Both the position numbers and the translations under genes were made by a program. Shown here piece by piece: positions 39,701 through 47,430 of a stretch of DNA of 64,000 nucleotides. The notes under the pieces are model-generated. The model saw nothing but the letters and a program-made list of their open reading frames with translations. It had not been told where the DNA came from and made no database searches. The stretch comes from a virus: IMG/VR virus record IMGVR_UViG_3300037149_000100, one strand, 5' to 3'. The number at the start of each line of letters is the position of its first letter. Position 1 is the first letter of the stretch.

Positions 39701-39903
39701 ACGTGGCTCAGTTCAAATCTCTACTCTCCTCAATCAATAGCGGGGAGTTGACCGAAGCGATCAACAATGCTTGGGCTCAGGGTGGGGTGTGGCATGATGG
39801 TCCGGATGGCCGCTTCCTCTACGAAATTTTTGTTAGAATTGAAAAAGTTGATATCGAAACGCTGGATATCACGTATAAGTATATTACGGGTACCAAGGAG
39901 TAG
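36766..39903 (+). CDS. 1045-aa mosaic protein (candidate inner-head polyprotein)
   Basis: Discrete modules (QAGHLFWLNRNGHGTGFWD domain, CPIC, CPNC..CRNC ribbons) joined by K/R-x-A-rich linkers. Confidence 0.75.
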   Translation: MARVEKSFTTLGLEGILQGVVACLVDAEKKAKSSREIQSIDVSRRGLRQDLYVGKLMVIPASVMDEMDKIPDPLLKGAVISLFDGEDASYLEMHRLSTSEFDNLTPKDISEYKDKVFKDSEGKLGCIVIFQPAWGNARDLHAFHFTTDVPKLTLLVRHLVFSAYYNPSLSALFDTLSEEAIKLDAVNITHDHIGPAYEFQSKENVYPQLDKMAKIASIMKMSPDEFTTAYLEAAVWTGTDETGESLDREGKFSIEDFSTEALRKAEEDCTAFMEMAGPELDALSSDQAGHLFWLNRNGHGTGFWDEDKLSPEAQQSLAKLAHSFGECDMYVSEDGELELSGGQIPAPTPQPGSGHILPKESKWIRLNASALPLILADKITPEETSVFDELTIQLKKKTANRKIAEGTDPFDGYCPICGSPGCQGECSSSTGGKENFEERTATGDAGSVRIPTSPNTGTRAEEDFEQPGSQPTEEEPVHFGSLRMAAFLEKIASGEVLNGYTQMRETFKSDFASKDEATKETDHEGTIEKQAALPPPPPAIIAPAPAQAAPVTGIGAKPHSAVLNAIQKALQGAGVGKGSSEESSQATELLLARMMANKSITSNIKKTNEGQFSITLTPEVVNQLVNVYKLTPGQNSTAQKDKPELQTEVSDVTIDSRPQWYKDKMNVQSADQEISSAANQLVEQHHGEYLSKENLTRLLSHMTNNVKAVFSFLTQQGLLQAYGKDSFKVMTRTEQEDNSDSGVFCPNCAGPGVPMGNLGGREHFRCRNCGSDFSQKMASDTKVASTHKMALTYMHPGEALEQFYPEILKDTSDYPIGYPERNSTPPPLPLELQNEPGGESQVTDKDYSDGGMKHSLGEPGLVPSQDSNSVPLKPNERSIRGPFFSDQFYRIHTDIEPALLTMKSSLENKTAASPSKAAIIAEFLRKLSGEIASSLLAAFVVTDRPLFTNSPSYSVINLSNESTICPMNPLLTSGGMSPYVAQFKSLLSSINSGELTEAINNAWAQGGVWHDGPDGRFLYEIFVRIEKVDIETLDITYKYITGTKE

Positions 39904-39905
39904 GG

Positions 39906-40391
39906 ATGTCTGACACCAATATCGTCATCGCTCAGTTGAAGAATTTGATGAGTGAGGTTTTGGAGCTTCGTGACCAGAAACCCGAGGCCCAGACCAAAGC
40001 CCTCGAATTCCTTAAGAACGTAATCAACGCTCTTCATCTGGGACGCAAGACAGGGGCAAAGAGGGCCGCAGTCGGACCCACGCGCTTCGATACTCCCGCC
40101 ACCGAGTACTTGTTTGGTCTGAAGCCAGACCTCGAATCTGGAGAGCCTAATCATGGTAACGGATGGTGGGGGCTGTATCTTGGTATGCTCTCTGAGGGGA
40201 ACCAGGAAATGACATCACTTCCCCAGCCTGATATGAACTTGCTAAAACAGAATCATGGAGCCATCCTTCACGAATCTGCTGATGACGACTCTGACTCCGT
40301 TACGGGTCAGTTCTTTCCCCTTGAAGAAGACGCTGTGGACCAATGGGAAGAGTCTATCAGTGGCGATGAACCAGAACTTTCCAACATTTAA
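39906..40391 (+). CDS. Hypothetical acidic protein
   Basis: AGGAG SD; 161 aa. Confidence 0.7.
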   Translation: MSDTNIVIAQLKNLMSEVLELRDQKPEAQTKALEFLKNVINALHLGRKTGAKRAAVGPTRFDTPATEYLFGLKPDLESGEPNHGNGWWGLYLGMLSEGNQEMTSLPQPDMNLLKQNHGAILHESADDDSDSVTGQFFPLEEDAVDQWEESISGDEPELSNI

Positions 40392-40403
40392 TAGAGGTAG
40401 CAA

Positions 40404-41669
40404 ATGAAACTCTCACTCACCGCAAGACTTTTCCTGGCCGATGTCTCTGGGTCCACCAAGGCCACTATCATGCAGATGTACAAAGCCAAACCAACCTTCC
40501 CCAAGGATGAGGCCCAGATCGATGCCGTCCTTGCGGCTCTGGACTCCACGCTACCTCCAGGGCTTCCTTCAAATCGTCAGAAAGTATATCTGAAATATTT
40601 GGCCAAACAGCTATGGGGCATCACACCTCCAGGATTTGTTCTGAAAATGGCTCCTGATGGACAGATTGATTTTGAGGACAAGCCTCGTGTCAGTTCTACA
40701 CTGGCTAATTTTGAGCAGGCCATCAAGGACCAGACGCTAACTGGAGAAGCAACAAACGTCGAAGCCTATGCTACCCTGTCAGATATGCAGGAAGCTGCGG
40801 CCACAGAGAAAGGCCAGAAAGTAAAGGCCAAGTTCACTATTGATAATCTCCCCGAAGAGGCTGAATCCTCCAAGGGTGGACAGCCGGGTAACCCCCGTCA
40901 GGCTGTGGCTGAGGGTAGCAAGGTTATCGCTCAGGATGGAAGTTGGAAGTGCTATAAGATCAAAGCCGGGGACCCCAAGGGCAAGGAAGCCGGAAGCTGG
41001 CTAGGAATGAATGGCTGGTGGGGCGTGAGTTGGTGTGTGGGCCGCGATTATAGTAGTGAAGCTTGGAAGAGCCGTCCTTACATGAACGAAGGAGACTTCT
41101 ACTTCCTGGTTCGTGATGGAATCAGCCGCTACGCTATTGCTACGGATGGTTCTAAGGCTGATGTCTACAATCCTGCGGATGATGTGATTTGGCAGACCGG
41201 TGGAGCCAGTGGTGGGAATTTCCCATCCCTAGAAGCCACAGCCAAGCAGTTGGGAGCGGAGTTTAATGCTAGCTCTGTTTCTAGTCTTCCCCAAGAAGCA
41301 TTAGGTATCCTCCGTGCCGCGACCGCTGCGGACCCCTATTTGGCTGGTCTGATTCCCCCTGATCAGTTGAATGAGACCGATACGGCCTCGTTGGACAAGA
41401 TTATTGCCTCCTGCCCTGCTGAAGGATTGGTCGAAGACTTGAACTCCAATTCAGGTTACCGTGGTAAGGGTGTGACGGCGGGTATCGTCAATCGCTGCGT
41501 GGCCAAGAACAACAAGAACGGTGCGAAAGACTTCAGTGCCGTGTGGGACCAGTTTGGCGAACAGGCTATGATCATGTATATCGAAGCCCTTGCCACTAAC
41601 GGCTATAAAGAGCTACCCCCCTCATTGGAGGCTTACTTTGTCAAGGAAGCGGAGAACTTCGAGTTCTAA
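40404..41669 (+). CDS. Hypothetical protein with PcfJ-like motif
   Basis: EAGSWLG...SWCVG...Y..EGDFYFL..DG..RYAI resembles PcfJ-like domains; GAGGT SD. Confidence 0.5.
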   Translation: MKLSLTARLFLADVSGSTKATIMQMYKAKPTFPKDEAQIDAVLAALDSTLPPGLPSNRQKVYLKYLAKQLWGITPPGFVLKMAPDGQIDFEDKPRVSSTLANFEQAIKDQTLTGEATNVEAYATLSDMQEAAATEKGQKVKAKFTIDNLPEEAESSKGGQPGNPRQAVAEGSKVIAQDGSWKCYKIKAGDPKGKEAGSWLGMNGWWGVSWCVGRDYSSEAWKSRPYMNEGDFYFLVRDGISRYAIATDGSKADVYNPADDVIWQTGGASGGNFPSLEATAKQLGAEFNASSVSSLPQEALGILRAATAADPYLAGLIPPDQLNETDTASLDKIIASCPAEGLVEDLNSNSGYRGKGVTAGIVNRCVAKNNKNGAKDFSAVWDQFGEQAMIMYIEALATNGYKELPPSLEAYFVKEAENFEF

Positions 41670-41692
41670 GCTGAATGAGAAAGTAAGGTAGT

Positions 41693-43546
41693 ATGAGTAG
41701 TAGGCAGCGATTTACTCAAAAAGCAAGAGAATCCGTGTTGGGTGGGTTGGTTGACACCCATATTACAGACAGTACCACTATGCTCAATGCATTGGAGTTC
41801 ATTGAATCTCCAAGTGGACTAAATATAACCTTATACCCGGTTCAGCGTGTTCTGATCAAGTTGATTTTTGGCATTCCGATGGATTGGAATGAGCATGAAG
41901 TCCCCGTTTACGATCAATTCTGTGAAAAACTCCTGTTTACCTTTACAGAACGTGAATACATCCGTTATGTATTTGAAAAGGGGCGCATCAATATCCCCAC
42001 TTGGGAAGATGCCAGCCCACTTGGTTATAATGAAATTGATATGATTGTTGGTCGTCGTGGTGGAAAGTCTGTGGTGGTCGCCGCAGTCGCTGCTTATAAG
42101 CTCTACCTCTTGTTGAGCCACCGAGATCCCCAGGAATATTATGGTCTGGTTCCCGGTTCCCCTATAGACCTGACGATGATGGCACAGGACTCTAAGGGGT
42201 CTTCTCGTTTATATGACCAGCTAAAAGAGGACATCAACCGAGCCCCCTTCTTCGCACCATATATCAAATCCATGACTGGTGAGGAGATGACGTTCATCTC
42301 AGAGGCTGACCGTGGCAAGCGAGAACTCACCCCATCCATTAAAGCAGCCGCTTATCCGTGTACAACCAATGCAGTGCGGGGACCCAGCAGCTATTTCCTG
42401 GCCCTGGACGAGTTTGCCCACTACAGGCAGCAGATTGGATCCACTTCGGACGAGATGTACTCCGCCGCCGCCCCAGCTACGATGCAGTTCAAAGGTGGGG
42501 GAACGAGAGAGGGTTTGAGGGAAAGTATGATTTTTATCATAACTTCCCCAGTTAACAAAATTGGTAAATACTATACCTTGTTCAGGGATGCGTTAGAAGA
42601 AGGCCCCAGCAGCCCTGTGTTGGCCTTCCAATGCAGCACCGCAGAAATGAACCCCCGTTCAGATACCCCATTCCTCAAAAAGGAATACAAGGACAACCCC
42701 GAAAAGTTCAAGGCTGAGTATGGTGGGGAGTTCCTGGATGCTTCGGAAACCTACGTCAAGGGCTTGACGATTGATGAGTGCGTTGATCAAGATAGGGGTA
42801 ACGTCACCACCCTCCTCTCTTCCATGCTCGGGCACAATTACTTCTGGGGACTTGATTTAGGAATGAAGCATGATGCCACAGCCCTGGCAGTCTGTCACTG
42901 GGAAGGGGGGCAGAACAGAGCATGGCTCGTATTCGACTATATAGATAGACTAATGGTTGGGGAGGACAAATACAAGGATGTGGCTGAACTTCCGCTGGAT
43001 GATGTGCTTGACTGGCTAAAGAACGCGCACTCCATGCTCCCGTGCTTCCAGGGGGTAACTGACCAGTATGGTGGGTCTCTCTTGGTCCAACTTCTCACAG
43101 CGAATCAGGTTACGGGGATTGAATTACTGCATTTGACTTCAGGTGTGAACTCGCAGATGTATCTGACACTAAAAACTCTTATGGAGAATCGTCAGGTAAA
43201 GTTTCCCAATGTTTCAAAGTTCGTATTGGAAATGAAGTTCTTAGAGGCATCCTTTATTAACAAATATCAGGTGGTTGTAAAAGCCCCAACGGAAAAGGAC
43301 GCTCATGATGACATGGCCGATGCGGCAGCTCTTGCGGCATACAAAGCGCAGCTATGGGCTCTGGGTGATGGAAAACGAGTCATGTGGGATATCATGCAGG
43401 GGGTGCCACAGAACATGGTTCCTGGAACTATCAGGGGGGGATGGGATATGAACGGCTCCCTGGCCAGCTTAAAATCTTATGAACGACAGTTGCAACATCA
43501 ATTAAATCCTTATGGTGCAGTTAGAAACCCCTATCAAAGGCATTAA
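41693..43546 (+). CDS. terL: Terminase large subunit
   Basis: Walker A VGRRGGKS, Walker B LALDEFA, ITSP coupling motif, nuclease GLDLG..HDAT and HDDMAD. Confidence 0.93.
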   Translation: MSSRQRFTQKARESVLGGLVDTHITDSTTMLNALEFIESPSGLNITLYPVQRVLIKLIFGIPMDWNEHEVPVYDQFCEKLLFTFTEREYIRYVFEKGRINIPTWEDASPLGYNEIDMIVGRRGGKSVVVAAVAAYKLYLLLSHRDPQEYYGLVPGSPIDLTMMAQDSKGSSRLYDQLKEDINRAPFFAPYIKSMTGEEMTFISEADRGKRELTPSIKAAAYPCTTNAVRGPSSYFLALDEFAHYRQQIGSTSDEMYSAAAPATMQFKGGGTREGLRESMIFIITSPVNKIGKYYTLFRDALEEGPSSPVLAFQCSTAEMNPRSDTPFLKKEYKDNPEKFKAEYGGEFLDASETYVKGLTIDECVDQDRGNVTTLLSSMLGHNYFWGLDLGMKHDATALAVCHWEGGQNRAWLVFDYIDRLMVGEDKYKDVAELPLDDVLDWLKNAHSMLPCFQGVTDQYGGSLLVQLLTANQVTGIELLHLTSGVNSQMYLTLKTLMENRQVKFPNVSKFVLEMKFLEASFINKYQVVVKAPTEKDAHDDMADAAALAAYKAQLWALGDGKRVMWDIMQGVPQNMVPGTIRGGWDMNGSLASLKSYERQLQHQLNPYGAVRNPYQRH

Positions 43547-43585
43547 AAATCAAAACTTCCTCCCCCTATTGAGAGAGGGAGGCGT

Positions 43586-43783
43586 GTGTCGGACTCTGAT
43601 GAACTGCTCTTCAAAATCCAGCAGGATATTGAAAAACTGACCAAGCGGGTTGGTCAGATAGAGGAGGATTCTGGCTCGGTCACAATGGTTCAAAGCAGAA
43701 TCTTGAACTCTTTAAATGACCTACAGACTTCTGTATTGAAAGTACGAGAAGCCTTATTGAGAGTGAGAGAGAAACTAGGATGA
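43586..43783 (+). CDS. Small coiled-coil protein
   Basis: GGAGG SD, GTG start, heptad pattern. Confidence 0.6.
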   Translation: MSDSDELLFKIQQDIEKLTKRVGQIEEDSGSVTMVQSRILNSLNDLQTSVLKVREALLRVREKLG

Positions 43784-44469
43784 GCGAAGAACTATTTGAT
43801 GACGAAGAAATTTCCAGTGAGGAGGGGAAGCGGTCAAGAACTCGGTATTTACCGAGTAAGACGACTATCAAGGATGACCTCCAGGAAATCTATGATACGG
43901 AGCGTCAGATTGGCTCTGCTGTGTTCAAACTTCACCAACTCATTGCTCAGGTGGGGGAGATGCTAAGCAAAAAAGCTGACTCAGAGGAGTTAAGTGAAGG
44001 TCTTGAAGACCTCAACCTGTATCTTGAAACCAACAGTAAAACCGTCCAAGAGCGTTTATCTGATATCAAAGCTGCGGCTGATGCGTTCACCAATCATTTG
44101 GCCAAGATTGATAACGACTGGATCAGGGTCCAGAGGGCTACCAACGAGACCCTGAAATCCCATGGAATAGATCCCACGACCCTGGCCGAGGAATCTGACA
44201 AAATAAAAAAATTGGGAAGATGGATGACTGTAATCCAGATGGTTGGAGTATCACTTGTAGTGAGTGTCGTCTCAGCTATAATTATGTCCACAGTTAGCAA
44301 GACCATCATCTCTGATCAGAAATTGATAAATGATCAATTGTTGCAGCAGAATCAGCAAATTTTGTTGCAAAATCAGCAAATCCAACGTATACTGGATGAT
44401 CACATGGCTGATGACGAGAGGCGTTATCAGCGAAACGTTGACCCACTCCCCGACAAAACCCATCACTAG
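43780..44469 (+). CDS. Coiled-coil membrane protein (one TM; possible lysis/holin-like)
   Basis: Hydrophobic WMTVIQMVGVSLVVSVVSAIIM flanked by coiled coils. Confidence 0.55.
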   Translation: MSEELFDDEEISSEEGKRSRTRYLPSKTTIKDDLQEIYDTERQIGSAVFKLHQLIAQVGEMLSKKADSEELSEGLEDLNLYLETNSKTVQERLSDIKAAADAFTNHLAKIDNDWIRVQRATNETLKSHGIDPTTLAEESDKIKKLGRWMTVIQMVGVSLVVSVVSAIIMSTVSKTIISDQKLINDQLLQQNQQILLQNQQIQRILDDHMADDERRYQRNVDPLPDKTHH

Positions 44470-44538
44470 GCAAAAATTTCCGTATACGGTTTCACTGGGT
44501 TGTGGGTATAATAGGTTGCAGGTTCACAGGAGGTTTTC

Positions 44539-45351
44539 TTGACAGATTCTTTTGTTTTCTCTTCAAAAATGCTAGGACACGGCTCGGATGCCGTTCCTGA
44601 ATACGAAGGTGAACCGTTCACAGGAGACGGAAAGCACTTCATCGGTCAGGACGGATTTGTCGTTCCGGCAGGCTTCATCGAGTTCTTCGAACGCTACCCC
44701 GTATACGTCCGGAACTGGGTGTCGAAGAAACTCCGCAAGTGCAGCACTCATCCAGATGTGGAGGACTGGACGCAGACGCTGCTAACGCACTTGTACCAGC
44801 TTCACCACGGTCGCACCATCAAGGGTACCAAGGGGGAGGAGGATCGTGAGATTGGGGGAACCCTGTACAAGCTGGGATTCACCGATGTGATTCACGCTTT
44901 CAACCCATGGGCTCAGCACGGTGCTTCGGCCCGTAGGTTTTTCAATTTCGTCAACACTTGTCTTACCAACAAATACATCAGTCTTCGATCCAAGTACGGC
45001 AAGGACGCGACCAACCACTCGCTGTTCAGTCTCGACTCCCCCACCCCCATCCAGGGCATGGACGAGTCCAACGGCCCGATTAGCCGTGAATACCTGTTGA
45101 TGGACCGCTCCACCCTCTATCGGGATCAGGTGGCTGAGAATCGTCCCCTCACCGCTGATGATGTGTTCATCCAGCAGTTCAGGGATTTCGTGGAGCGAAA
45201 GGATCCGGAATTGCTTCCCCTGGTCAGTGCGATCATGAACAAGGATAAGGTGGATGAGATTCTTGAAGTTCTGGGTTATGACCAGAACCGCTACCTCCGT
45301 GACCGGAAGAAACTGATTCGACTGTCCAAGTCGTTTCAGGCAGGAGACTAG
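44539..45351 (+). CDS. Divergent sigma70-like protein
   Basis: AGGAGG SD and TTG; DVEDWTQ..AFNP..RFFNFVNTCLTNKYISLR..SLD (region 2-like) and C-terminal EILEVLG HTH-like. Confidence 0.55.
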   Translation: MTDSFVFSSKMLGHGSDAVPEYEGEPFTGDGKHFIGQDGFVVPAGFIEFFERYPVYVRNWVSKKLRKCSTHPDVEDWTQTLLTHLYQLHHGRTIKGTKGEEDREIGGTLYKLGFTDVIHAFNPWAQHGASARRFFNFVNTCLTNKYISLRSKYGKDATNHSLFSLDSPTPIQGMDESNGPISREYLLMDRSTLYRDQVAENRPLTADDVFIQQFRDFVERKDPELLPLVSAIMNKDKVDEILEVLGYDQNRYLRDRKKLIRLSKSFQAGD

Positions 45352-45386
45352 AGCCGTTCGCATCGCAACAAACCCGGAGGAGTTAA

Positions 45387-45719
45387 ATGAGCAAAACCGA
45401 CAAAATCATGGAAGTCCCCAAATCAGCCGATGAGAAGCGGACGGACCCCCCAGAGCCGCATCAACTCAAGGCTCGTGTGCGGAAAGTTTATCCTCCGCAC
45501 ATGCAAGTGCGGAGGTATGGTGAGGGTGGATTCTATGTCAAGCCCCACGGTCTCCCCCACCTCAACCATTGGATCTACTACGATCATTGGGTTGACCGAA
45601 CTGACTTGCCCGGTATTCTGAGATGGTTTGAGGGGCGCTACCCTGAAACGTGTGGGTTACCGGTGCGGTTTATTAACTGCGCTCCTATTGAGTGTGGCAG
45701 AGAAGTGATCCCAAACTAA
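45387..45719 (+). CDS. Hypothetical protein
   Basis: GGAGGAG SD; 110 aa. Confidence 0.65.
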   Translation: MSKTDKIMEVPKSADEKRTDPPEPHQLKARVRKVYPPHMQVRRYGEGGFYVKPHGLPHLNHWIYYDHWVDRTDLPGILRWFEGRYPETCGLPVRFINCAPIECGREVIPN

Positions 45720-45734
45720 GTAGAGGAGAACGGC

Positions 45735-46157
45735 GTGGGCCATGGAGTTGAAGAGGGGGACGTTTGCGGTCGCAATGGATGCGAGGGGGTAATAGAAGTG
45801 CATCCCGTGGAGGGGTGTAGTTGTCATATTAGCCCACCATGCTCGGCGTGTACAAAGCCACGAAACTTCTGTCCTGAGTGCGGATGGGAACTTGCCGATG
45901 ATGAGGTTTTCAATGACTACCTAGTCAATGTGGATCATGAGACTGGCTCATTTAGATTCTGGGAACCCAGGCCGCTCGACCCCACTAAAATTGATTGGAG
46001 ATCCAGCTCTCATACCAATTCATCTATGATTAAGGAGGGTGTCTACCCTCCAGGAACCACTTCTGGGGAGGTTCGAAAACTGGTGGATGGGACGTTTGGT
46101 GGTCGTTTTGAATATTTCAAGGACGGTAAGTTCAAGTTCATCGCCTACACGGATTAA
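45735..46157 (+). CDS. Cys-rich hypothetical protein
   Basis: GAGGAG SD, GTG start; C..C, CSCHISPPCSAC, CPECG. Confidence 0.7.
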   Translation: MGHGVEEGDVCGRNGCEGVIEVHPVEGCSCHISPPCSACTKPRNFCPECGWELADDEVFNDYLVNVDHETGSFRFWEPRPLDPTKIDWRSSSHTNSSMIKEGVYPPGTTSGEVRKLVDGTFGGRFEYFKDGKFKFIAYTD

Positions 46158-46169
46158 AGGAGCTAGATT

Positions 46170-46307
46170 ATGAACGGATACTATGATGAGGGCTGGAATG
46201 CCAGAGTCCAGGGGGAGGCATACGACTTCACCAAATCCCAGGACTGGCGGGATGGGTGGAAAGATTGCGATGAGGCTCCAGAGAAGGATCACATCTTGAT
46301 GGATTGA
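46170..46307 (+). CDS. 45-aa Rmf/CrpP-fold-like protein (not in ORF track)
   Basis: AGGAG SD; MNGYYDEGWNARVQGEAYDFTKSQDWRDGWKDCDEAPEKDHILMD shows the Y.EG..A...G...W..GW pattern. Confidence 0.6.
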   Translation: MNGYYDEGWNARVQGEAYDFTKSQDWRDGWKDCDEAPEKDHILMD

Positions 46308-46313
46308 AACAAC

Positions 46314-46423
46314 GGTGTCGATGACCTGGGACCACGGCTCCCATGCCTCACGGCGGGTTATCCCATGGGTAGTAGGTTGGGCTAACCTCCCAATTTGCGG
46401 AGCGGTTCGAATCCGTTGGCACC
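46314..46423 (+). ncRNA. tRNA-like element (T-arm plus acceptor-like stem; non-canonical)
   Basis: AGCGG-TTCGAAT-CCGTT T-arm at 46401-17; GGTGTC pairs with GGCACC; no recognisable D or anticodon arm. Confidence 0.35.
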
Positions 46424-46468
46424 CTCAGAGTAATATGGTGTAACTAGTGGCCATTAAGGATCATTCAA

Positions 46469-46807
46469 GTGTTCACAACCGAAATTATTTTAAGTTTATC
46501 CAACAAAAAGCTTTACTCCAAGCCGCTCCGGCAAGCTGTAGAACCAAGGGCGGTGACGGACCCACGGTTGGCCTACACGTATGCTTTGGCGATACTAAAA
46601 CAAAGATGGCCAGAGGCGGAGCCGATTATCACTAAATATCCTATGTGGGCCTACTGTTATGCTTTGTATGTGATGAAACAGAGATGGTCGGAGGCAGAGC
46701 CGGTTATCGCTAAGGATCCTGAGTGGTCCTATTTGTATGCTCGGAATGTGATGAAACTAAACGAAACGCAAGCGAAGGAATGGAATGGAATGGAGTCTGA
46801 GCGATGA
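46469..46807 (+). CDS. 26-aa tandem-repeat protein, copy 3 (diverged)
   Basis: Same N-cap (LYSKPLRQA) and C-cap (KLN.TQAK.W); two full units plus a partial unit. Confidence 0.8.
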   Translation: MFTTEIILSLSNKKLYSKPLRQAVEPRAVTDPRLAYTYALAILKQRWPEAEPIITKYPMWAYCYALYVMKQRWSEAEPVIAKDPEWSYLYARNVMKLNETQAKEWNGMESER

Positions 46808-47430
46808 GTGAAGAAGATTTTGAATTTGGTGACAAGCTACCCTTTCTGGATGATGAGATTCACCCCGATAGGTGGTTAAGGGCTAGGACCGAAATTGATC
46901 ATGTTTCCCTTCTTGAAGAATTCATAAAGAAGCCCATTACGGGGAACGTGATAAATTGCCCTCTGGGGACTCACTCAGATTCCACACCCTCATTCAATAT
47001 CTACCGGAACACCAATTCGTCCCATTGTTTCGGTTGCCCTGGGACCACGAAAGAACAATACAACGACAACGTTACGCTGGTCGCCAAGTGGTTTAGCATC
47101 AACAAAGTTGCAGCCCTGCAATGGCTGGAGAAGCACTTCAAGCTCCCTCCCATCGCTGGGCAAGCGGCTGAGCCTGAAGAGGAAGATGAAACAGATGAAG
47201 AGCCAGCCAACCCCTTCACCGTGAAAGATTTGGCACCAGCCTTCCTCGCTCTTGCCCCCACCCTGATTGAAACGGTGGGGGATGCGAAGTATTTGATTAA
47301 GAAATACTTCCTAGCCGAACATCTGGAGAATCCGCTACTTTTGGCCCAGGTTCTCGGACGGGCAAGGTTGGAGAGTATTAGACTATCAGGACACGTGACG
47401 AATGAAGGAACAGGAAGAGCAGTTAAGTGA
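46804..47430 (+). CDS. Stand-alone CHC2 zinc-finger (DnaG N-terminal-like) protein
   Basis: CPLGTHSDSTPSFNIY..HCFGC; no TOPRIM domain. Confidence 0.8.
   Translation: MSEEDFEFGDKLPFLDDEIHPDRWLRARTEIDHVSLLEEFIKKPITGNVINCPLGTHSDSTPSFNIYRNTNSSHCFGCPGTTKEQYNDNVTLVAKWFSINKVAALQWLEKHFKLPPIAGQAAEPEEEDETDEEPANPFTVKDLAPAFLALAPTLIETVGDAKYLIKKYFLAEHLENPLLLAQVLGRARLESIRLSGHVTNEGTGRAVK

Noticed and set aside
46314-46423. Canonical or selenocysteine tRNA
   Set aside because: Too long, with no proper D or anticodon arm; retained only as tRNA-like
9614-46807. Repeat-gene copies as diversity-generating retroelement TR/VR pairs
   Set aside because: No reverse transcriptase in the window, and differences are not adenine-specific
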